The notes under the pieces: model-generated
Database searches by the model: none
Told to the model about the DNA's origin: nothing
The model's input: only the letters and a program-made list of their open reading frames with translations
Origin: Octopus vulgaris
Lineage: Eukaryota
Direction: 5' to 3'
DNA length: 64,000 nucleotides
Assembly (NCBI GenBank): GCA_951406725.2
Contig: OX597825.1
Coordinates: 11,904,001 to 11,968,000 of the forward strand
Program-made: the position numbers and the translations under genes
In this document: one piece after another, positions 54,838-64,000 of the stretch
How the letters are laid out: each line of letters starts with the position of its first letter
Numbering within the stretch: position 1 is the stretch's first letter

Positions 54838-55090
54838 TCGTTCTTCCTTACTTTCTTTCTGCCTTTCTTTCTTTCTTTCCTTCATTCTTTCTTTCTTCCT
54901 TCCTTCCTTCCTTTCTTTCTTCCTTTCTTTCTTCCTTTCTTTCGTTCTTCATTCCTTTCTTTCTTTCTTTCTTTCTTTTTTCTTTCTTTCTATTTTTCTT
55001 TCTTCGTTCTTTTCGTGCTTTGGTTTTTTTCTTTCTTTCTTCCTTCTTTTCACTCTTTCTGCCTTACTTTCTTTCTTTCTTTCGTTTCCT
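54465..55090. repeat. (CTTT)n polypyrimidine array with higher-order repeats
   Basis: Read directly; ctttcgttcttcattcc recurs. Confidence 0.95.
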
Positions 55091-55336
55091 TCCAGTGCTT
55101 CATTTTTTCCTCTAAGCATGCCTGCAAAGATTCACCACACATTCTTACATGCACGAACGCACACACATACACAGTCACACACACACACACACGCACAATT
55201 GACGAAGAATATCTATAAATAAAATTCTAATTGATAAATATAATCTTTTTTTATTAAAGCAAAACTCACGGGTGAAGTAATTCTCGTGGTGTGAAGAATC
55301 AACCCAAGAATTGGGTGAAACACAACGCAACGTGCG

Positions 55337-55350
55337 GTTGTCATGGTAAC
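55337..55350. promoter_or_regulatory. RFX X-box-like motif
   Basis: GTTGTCATGGTAAC is 12/14 identical to the palindromic X-box GTTGCCATGGCAAC; function is unproven. Confidence 0.3.
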
Positions 55351-55369
55351 AAGCTGTTAATGACTCGCC

Positions 55370-55638
55370 GTCTGTTTATTGGCTAAAATTACCCAAATTT
55401 CCTAAATTTTATTCCAAATAACATCAGATTCTTTAATTTACGAGATAGAATAACTGGTTGATCGTAATCAAATTTCAGAGTTGCATCGATATTGAAAGCA
55501 ATCCAAGCAAAATTAAAGGGGGCTCATTTTGTGAATGAAAAAGACTAGATCCAAATATATTTTCGCAATAAATCAATAGAGTTATTAGGTGTTAAAGTTT
55601 GGAAATTTGGGGTAATTTTAGCAAATGGTAAACCAGAC
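55370..55638. mobile_element. MITE-like foldback
   Basis: tctgtttattggctaaaattacccaaatttcc...aataac pairs with gttatt...ggaaatttggggtaattttagcaaatggtaaaccaga. Confidence 0.65.
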
Positions 55639-55649
55639 ACAGTTATGCC

Positions 55650-56657
55650 TGTTTCCATACTATATACCACACAAGTGCAGCGAACCTCTGCAAGGTCGAA
55701 AATGGAACTCACATTTTTAGTGCTTGTGAAAATCCTTTTCAGAAAGAGTATAAGGGCAGACAGGACAAGGTAGCTCAAAACCTTCATTGTCAACTATGCT
55801 ACACCGGAAGTATGGGTACGAGGTAGAAGGTGCTTCGTAACAAGATACACCCGAAAGGTGAAGGCGCGTGGCTTGGTGGTTAGGGACATTCAGCTCATGA
55901 TCAAAAGGTCGTGAGTTCAATTCCCGGTGGCGCGTTGTGTCCTTGAGCAAGACACTTTATTTCACGTTACTCCAGTCCACTCAGCTAGCAAAAATGAGTA
56001 GTACCTGCATTTCAAAGGGTCAGTCTTGTCACACTCTGTGTCACGCTGAATCTCCTCGAGAACTACGTTACGGGTACACGTGTTTGTAGAGTGCTCAGCC
56101 ACTTGCACGTTAATTTCACGAGTAAGCTGTTCCGTTAATCGTATCAGCTGGGACCCTCCTTGTCGCAATCGACGGAGTGCTCCTATACTACACCCGAAAG
56201 GTAATGGTCAAAAAGGGGAAGGCAAAAGTCTTGTGGGCGTTTGACTTCCAAACAGTCAAGGTGTTAGAGCATCGAAGGGTTGATATATAAGACTGCCTAA
56301 TAGTTGACGTTACAGTGCCGGGAGATCAACATATTATCAGGAAAGGAGAAAAGATTGATAAATGTGGAGACCTAAGAATTGTGGCAGCTAAGAGAATCAA
56401 ACATCCATGTTGTTCCTGTTGGCGTCGGAGCATTGTGATCAATACCACGCAACAGGAAGAGACACCTTGAAACTTTAGAAATACCCTACAATCTAGGTGT
56501 ATTGCAAAAATCGACATTACTTGGAACTGCACACATATTATATAAAGGACTGTCTCTCTGAAATCCTTGTTGTCATTTGACAAACACCAAAAAACCCTGG
56601 TAGACACGATATTTTCAATCCACAACCTCACGATATTGGATAGTGTGCGCCGTTTTC
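55650..56657 (+). mobile_element. Old R4/Dong-type LINE 3' fragment interrupted by a SINE
   Basis: VENGTHIFSAC..QKEYKGRQDKVAQNLH..TPE|KVM..AKVLWAFDFQT..CLIVDVTVPGD..VVPVGVGAL..LQKSTLLGTAHIL, then a 3' UTR and (TAA)n. Confidence 0.85.
55860..56188 (+). mobile_element. Full-length tRNA-derived CORE-like SINE with 14-bp TSD
   Basis: A box tggcttggtgg, B box gagttcaattccc; TSD tacacccgaaaggt at 55846-55859 and 56189-56202. Confidence 0.93.
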
Positions 56658-56737
<80 letters not shown>

Positions 56738-56865
56738 TAATAATGATAGTGATAATAATAATAATAATAGTAATAATAATAATAATGATAAGAAGATGAA
56801 GAATGATAATAATGATAATAATAATAATAATAATGATAATAATGATAGTGATAATAATAATAATA

Positions 56866-56911
<46 letters not shown>

Positions 56912-56997
56912 GAAAAATAATAATAAGAATGATAATAATGGTAATAATAATAATAATAATAATGATAATAATGATAGTGATAATAATAATAATAATA

Positions 56998-57063
<66 letters not shown>

Positions 57064-57120
57064 AATAATGATAATAATAATAATAATAATAATAATATAA
57101 TAATAATAATAATAATAATA
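56658..57120. repeat. (TAA)n array between two Dong-like LINEs
   Basis: Read directly; internal aatgataataatgatagtgat occurs three times. Confidence 0.95.
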
Positions 57121-60100
57121 TTTGCTGAAGAACACAGAGAGTCTATAGCAGAAATGAGGCAGAAAATCCTGAATACGCTTGAAGTTGTAAGACATACAAG
57201 TATGAATGATAGAGAACCGCTTCATAAACTCTCAAATACAAACCAAAATAAAAAACAAATCCAAATTGGCAACTATGTAACAAATGAAATAATACGAGAA
57301 TTAAAACCTGATTTTACTGAGTTAAATGAAATTATTTACGCTTCTGCTAGGGCAATTGAAACCAGCTGTATGCCCCCGATAAAACAAAGAAAACAAAACC
57401 TGGGAAGAAATCAAACCTGGAGAAGTAAAATTGAAAAAAGAGATTGAATTTATGAGAGGGGAAATATCAATATTAAATGAACTAATATGTGGAAATGATG
57501 TAAGATCCAGAACAGGAAGAAAGATGAAGAGAAAATTTGGATCCTCACCAAGAGAAGAACTGATATCAATAAAAGAAACGCTGAAACAAAAAGTCCAAGC
57601 AAAAGCCCAAAGAATACGAAGATTTGAGAAGAGAAACAAGTTTTACAAGCAAAATAAGCTGTTCACATCCAATGCCAAAAAATTCTACAGAGAAATAGGG
57701 AAGGAGAAAGTAACCGTTAAAGACCCCCTCCCATGGAAGAAGTTCAAAACTTTTGGAAAAGGATTTGGAGTGACAAGAAGACGTACAACATAAATGCAGA
57801 CTGGATTATACAAACTGAAGGATCCTACCAAAATTTACAACAACAAGCATGGGAAGACATCACAATAGCAGACCTAAGAAAGGCACTCACGAAGGCCCAT
57901 AATTGGAAATCCCCCGGTAAAGATAGGGTGCCGAATTTCTGGCTCGCATCGCTCCCGTGTGCACACGGTAAGCTAGTTCAGCTGCTCAATGGAATTATGA
58001 GAGACCCAAAGAAAACACCTGAATGGTTAGCAAGTGGCATTACTTACCTACTCCCAAAGAATAACGAAACCAACCTTCCAAAAAACTATCGGCCTATAAC
58101 CCGTCTATCCACCACGTATAAAATCCTAACATCTATCCTGGCGGAGAAAACATATGCATTCATGGAGAAGAACGATATTTTCCCCATTGAACAAAAAGGG
58201 TGCCGCCGAGGCTCTTACGGATGCAAAGATCAACTGCTAATCTATCGTATGATCCTTGAGAACTGTCAGAACAAGCGCAGAAATCTCAGCACCGCATGGA
58301 TTGACTATAAAAAGGCCTTCGACAGTATACCGCATCCATGGATCTTGAGATCGCTGGACATCTTCAAAATTTTCCCTGTGATTTCAAACTTCCTGAAGCA
58401 CAATATGTCGTTGTGGAATACGAATCTCCAATTATACCACTCTAATGGAGTACTTGCCTCAGAAAATATAAACATCAACTGTGGAATTTTTGAAGGTGAC
58501 TCACTTTCACCTTTAATATTCTGCATAGCCCTAATACCCCTTACAAGTGAATTAAACAGAACAAGGTATGGGTATAAAATTGCCAATAAAAAAATAAGCC
58601 ATCTATTTTATATGGATGACTTAAAACTTTATGGTAAAGACAATAATGAACTTGAAGGCCTATTGCGCACCGTGAAATGATTCAGCGATGACATCGGGAT
58701 GGAGTTTGGACTTGAGAAGTGTGCCAAGAAAGGGAAAGTGAAGACCACAAATTCAGTCGTGTTAGATGTTGACACAGTCATAAGAGAGCTTGAGCAAGAA
58801 CAAACATACAAATATTTAGGGATAAATGAAGGCTCTGGTATTCAGCATGCAAGCATGAAAGAGAAAATCGGGAAGGAATGTTATAGGAGAGTTCGTGCAG
58901 TCCTGAAATCTGAACTAAATGCACGTAACAAGGTGTTAGCTATAAATTCCCTAGCAGTTCCAGTTGTTACTTATAGCTACAATGTGTTGAACTGGAATAT
59001 GAGTGAAGTAAATAATATAGATAGAAAAATACGCAAGCTGCTGAGTTGTAATAGGATGCATCACCCAAAGGCAGACGTAGATCGCCTTTACCTTCCCAGA
59101 GCCCAAGGAGGTCGAGGCCTGATCCAATTTGAACTAGCTTACAAAACAACCACAATTGGACTGGCCAAATATCTCGAAATATCGAATGACTGGATGCTAA
59201 AGCTCGTGGAAAATCACGAGAGACGAAAGAAGCTTCATTCTATCATCAAGGAAAGCAAAAAATTTGCTATTGATCTCGTGCAGGATACCCAAACTGAACA
59301 ACCCGAGGGAAGTACGGCAACTATTGTTGCAAAGAAGGTGAAAATGATGGCAATGAAAAAAGCGCACGAGCAATTGGCTGATAGGTGGGAGGAGAAACCT
59401 CTGCACGGCAAATATGTGACCCGCAGCAAACAAGCTGATGTTGACCAGAAGCAAACCCATCAGTGGCTGCGGAGCTCAGGGCTAAAAGCAGAGAGCGAAG
59501 GTTTCATCCTGGCTGCTCAAGACCAAAGCCTATCAACCCGGAACTACCAGGCCAATGTGATGAAAAATGGAGCAGACCCAAAATGCCGATTCTGCAACGA
59601 CATGATTGAAACAGTGGACCACCTAATCTCTGGATGTAAAGTCTTAGCACCAGTGGAGTATAAATTAAGACATGACAGAGTTGGCCAATATCTCCACTGG
59701 CTAATAAGTCGGCATTACAATATCAAAACTGTCGACAAGTGGTATAATCACCACCCTGAGGCTGTAACTGAAGGAGAAAATGTAACCATCTGTGGGACTT
59801 TCCAGTACATACAGACCGAACCATCAAGGCCAATAAACCAGATATTGTTGTGAAAGACCAAAACAATAAAGTTTGCTTATTGATCGACATGAGCATCCCC
59901 TGTGATCATAATATCTCAGCGAAAGAGTTTGACAAGCTCAGAAAATATAAAGACCTACTCATTGAAATTGAGAAAATGTGGCATCTCAAGGCGGTTACAA
60001 TACCAGTGATCGTAGGAGCACTAGGAATGATCAAGAAGGGAACCGAAAATTATATGAGAATGATCCCTGGCTTACCATCCCTGCAAGAAGTGCAAAAGAT

Positions 60101-60326
60101 TGTCTTAACTGGTACATCACACGTATTGAGAAGAGCATTGTCGATGTGAGAACTGTTGCTGCTCATGCATTTTAATTTAACTTCAAAAAAAAAAAAAAAA
60201 AAAAAAATTAACGAACTACTGAGTTTGGTTTAATGGCCTACCAATATACACTATGAGTTTCTTTGCCCTAGGAGTCGGGAAGACACTCGGCAAGAAATGG
60301 AAGAAAATTTGAAAGAAGAAAAAAAA

Positions 60327-60327
<1 letters not shown>
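57121..60327 (+). mobile_element. R4/Dong-type RLE non-LTR retrotransposon, 5'-truncated, ORF disrupted (frameshifts near 57440, 57730 and 59790; stop at 58678-58680); ORF ends 60149
   Basis: RT motifs SPGKD, NYRPIT, EQKGCR, WIDYKKAFDSIPH, GIFEGDSLSPL, YMDDLKLY, YKYLGI; GGRGL; CCHC knuckle CRFC..ETVDHLISGC; RLE RHD..KPDIV..IDMSIP..K..KY; (TAA)n on both sides. Confidence 0.95.
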
Positions 60328-60380
<53 letters not shown>

Positions 60381-60911
60381 GTCATAATAATAATACAAAA
60401 CGGAAGAGAAGGGACTAAGAGATGAAAAATACGAAGAAATTTTATTGTAAGATATGAATCTGAAAAAAATATATACGAATGAGGAAAGGATAAAAAATAT
60501 CTATGATATGGAAGGGTGAACGAAGATGGCGATATTTGAGAGAGAAAGAATGTTAGTGCATATCACATTATTAAATACTTACGTATGGGATATTTGTTAT
60601 ACAATGATAAGCAAGAGCACATTACAAAATCTTTGAATTTTTTTTTTTAAATATAGATATTTAGAAAATATTCTGAGTTGCTTTAAAATCCAATACCAAA
60701 GTAACGAAATTGTGTAACAGGTATTCCTTGAGACATCAAAATTACGAAAACGTCAAGCAGCTTTCTTATCTTGGTTGCCGAATCAATTTAGTCGTTATAA
60801 GCGTGCGATCGATAGGGTGTGTGCAATTGATTTGCAAAACAAAATCTTTTTTGAAGTTATCGGCTTAACAAGGAAAAAAAACAATAGCACAGATACTTAA
60901 CATGCAACAGG

Positions 60912-60956
60912 ATAATAATAATAATAATAATAATAACAATAATAACAATAATAACA

Positions 60957-61029
<73 letters not shown>

Positions 61030-61067
61030 CAACAGCAATAGTAATAATAATAATAATTGTAATAGTA

Positions 61068-61104
<37 letters not shown>

Positions 61105-61121
61105 TAATAACAATAATAACA

Positions 61122-61191
<70 letters not shown>

Positions 61192-61195
61192 TAAT
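60912..61195. repeat. (TAA)n array
   Basis: Read directly. Confidence 0.95.
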
Positions 61196-61536
61196 AAAAC
61201 TAGAAAAGAAATTAGAAGCACATCCCAAACATGAACTGTATTAGAAATCTCGAATATATCGGAAATAAAGGATAGGGGAAGTTTTTTGAATATTCTAAAA
61301 CAAAATACTCCATGTGTTAAGCGGACCTATAACCTGATAATCCCCGTATACCATCATCATTAGTAAATATGAACCGCTAAGAGAAAATAACGATAGTGAA
61401 AATATTACATCGAATACTCGCGTAGGATTACTATCTAAATCTTTAGAATTTAGAAGTTTACGTACATTGACAATATATTCGTTGTTTTCTTTTTCCTCGT
61501 CTATTGACAGATCAGTCGTGAGTTAGGAGATATATA

Positions 61537-61852
61537 TTTTTTTTGTTTGTTTGTTCCTTCTGGAGCCACGCCTGGCTCATAAGGGCCGGTTTCCCGGTTT
61601 GCTTGGCGTATAGATTCCTCACCTGGACGGGGCGCCGGTCCGTTGCAGGTGAGCTGCAAGATTCAGGAGGAAAGAGTGAGAGAAATGTTGTGGCGAAAGA
61701 GTCAGCAGAAGTTCGCCATTACCATTCTGCCTGTACCGCTTGGAGTTTAGGTATTTCGCTCGTAAACACACACATCACCCGGTCTGAGATTCGAGCCCGC
61801 GATCCCTCGACCGCGAGTCCGATGCTATAACCACTAGGTCATGTGCCTCCAC
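61537..61852 (-). mobile_element. tRNA-derived SINE (family-2 head, alternative tail) with imperfect 12-bp TSD
   Basis: Head gtggaggcacatgacctagtggttatagc...gggctcgaatctc; TSD aggaga(t/c)atata at 61525-61536 and 61853-61864. Confidence 0.8.
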
Positions 61853-62136
61853 AGGAGACATATAACCATTAGTATAGTCTGCATGAATATCCCTTGTTAT
61901 CCCCAAATAGCACAATACAGTCAATACTACATTAACTACTGTTCCCCTTCTCTTTTAAAGAAGATATAGAGGAACGTGAGTAAGATTTGGAGGATACAGG
62001 TAGCTAAGTGAACAATGACCTAAAGTGTTCCCCACTTAGCTCTTACTGCTGCATTTTGGTGCAAAATAGACTGAGTATGAGCACAAAACGTTTGGAATAT
62101 CTTCTAGGCTGAAGAAATTAATATACCTACTCTACA

Positions 62137-62328
62137 GGTGAAGGAGTGGCTGTGTGGTAAGTAGGTTGCTTACCAACCACATGGTTCCGGGTTCAGTCCC
62201 ACTGCGTAGCATCTTGGGCAAGTGTCTTCTACTATAGCCTCGGGCTGACCAAAGCTTTGTGAGTCGATTTGGTGGATGGAAACTGAAAGAAGCCCATCGT
62301 ATATATATATGTATATATATATATATAA

Positions 62329-62364
<36 letters not shown>

Positions 62365-62580
62365 TTGTGTCTGTGTCTGTGTTTGATTCCCCATCATCGC
62401 TTGACAACCGACGTTTGTGTGTTTACATCCCCGCCGTAACTTAGCGGTTCGGCAAAAGGTACCGATAGAATAAGTACTAGGCTTACAAAGAATAAGTCCT
62501 GGGGTCGATTTGTTCGACTAAATGCGGCACCTCAGCATGGCCGCAGTCAAACGACTGAAACAAGTAAAAGAATAAAAGAA
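62137..62580 (+). mobile_element. Family-1 SINE, full length
   Basis: Same layout as 23321. Confidence 0.9.
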
Positions 62581-62601
62581 AGAATATATATATACATATA
62601 C

Positions 62602-62644
<43 letters not shown>

Positions 62645-62647
<3 letters not shown>

Positions 62648-62866
62648 TCTTTCTCTTTCTCTTTTACTTGTTTCAGTCATTTGACTGCGGCCATGCTGGA
62701 GCACCGCCTTTTAGTCGAGCAAATCGACCCCGGGACTTATTCTTTGTAAGTCCAGTACTTATTCTATCGGTCTCTTTTGCCGAACCGCTAAGTGACGGGG
62801 ACGTAAACACACCAGCATCGGTTGTCAAGCAATGCTAGGGGGACAAACACAGACACACAAACACAT

Positions 62867-62917
<51 letters not shown>

Positions 62918-63083
62918 TACGACAGGCTTCTTTCAGTTTCCGTCTACCAAATCCACTCACAAGGCATTGGTCGGCCCGGGGCTATAGCAGAAGACACTTG
63001 CCCAAGATGCCACACAGTGGGACTGAACCCGGAAGCATGTGGTTGGTTAGCAAGCTACTTCCCCTACAGCCACTCCTGCGCTT
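62645..63083 (-). mobile_element. Family-1 SINE, full length, tail-to-tail with the previous copy
   Basis: Reverse complement of the family-1 layout. Confidence 0.9.
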
Positions 63084-64000
63084 ATTTCTCTCTCTCTCTA
63101 CATATATATATATATACGCATATGAACCTCGAATATACTTTCGTGGAGAAAGGAATTATTTATTGGAAGAGTATAGACACCGAATAAATGGATAAACACA
63201 TTCCGACAATAAAGTCGGAGTGAATAAACCAGAGCATAAATATTTCTGTGAATCAAATACATTAATAAACACTCTTGCAGAATCTACTGTTTGTCTGTTA
63301 TCTTCCTGAATCTGAACAAGAGGACTGATAGTAAACGATGTTGTTGTCAGTTAATAGTATAGGTAGACTGTATAAATTGCTACATTTACTTAGATTTTCC
63401 TCGTTTTCTATATTGTTCAGAATATATTTATTAGTTTGGAATTGCTGTCAAAGAAAATATGCCACTAAGCATTGATGAATAACATTCATTCTTTTCCACA
63501 ACATTTATCAAATGCATAGCAACGTTTCGCTATTTTATTCTCCGAAAGATAATTTAATATTATATTATCTGTCATATACATATGTACTGATGTAATCGAT
63601 ACAGCGTTTATTGAAGAATGTTTTGTTTGTACATTAATTGGAAGATATATATTACAAAGAATAGAAGACTGCTCGGCCTTCTTGAATAAATCATTTACAT
63701 AGAATTATAGCAGGCACTTTATATTAAACTGGTTAATTGAACTAATCATACCGGTTATATTATATTTTGTAGTTCAACATGAAAATATATTCAAAGAACA
63801 TATACAACCATTAATTTATAAAAGCGCACATAGCAAGCCTAAACTATTGTTGATGTATCGAGCGTGTCTTTTAAAGTAAGATTTATAAGACACGTTCGTT
63901 TTGAGGTATGGTACTGTTGACGACAATCAAGAGTTCTGCAGCGTACAGCAGTGGCCACTTTTACTTTTCAATAACATTTATCATTGTGACAACAAAATGT

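Noticed and set aside
55378-55383. CCAAT (Y) box paired with the X-box
   Set aside because: It lies within the arm of a MITE-like foldback, so the pairing is probably coincidental.
55860-55935. tRNA genes at SINE heads (also about 15690-15745, 22500-22566 and 61785-61852)
   Set aside because: A and B boxes are present, but most run directly into SINE bodies and none gives a convincing cloverleaf.

Overview
This is AT-rich, microsatellite-saturated eukaryotic DNA, not prokaryotic. The SINE repertoire, (TA)n/(TG)n/(TAA)n density and an invertebrate-code cytochrome b fragment point to a mollusc, most likely an octopus (inference). I find no intact host protein-coding gene; most ORF-track entries are microsatellite artefacts. 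The window holds: (i) a 5'-truncated, frameshifted RT + restriction-like endonuclease (RLE) non-LTR retrotransposon of R4/Dong type at 57121-60327, flanked by (TAA)n, plus five shorter relatives, two of which appear to use (TACA)n; (ii) several tRNA-derived SINE families; (iii) decayed mariner/Tc1, Tigger-like and MITE elements; (iv) a 5S rRNA pseudogene and a cytochrome b NUMT; (v) a recent A-B-invA-B rearrangement at 6102-11096 that breaks at a hairpin apex; (vi) microsatellite-embedded foldback elements carrying minimal hammerhead-ribozyme-like motifs (Penelope-like relics). All alignments and translations were done by eye, so boundaries are approximate unless a TSD or TIR fixes them.
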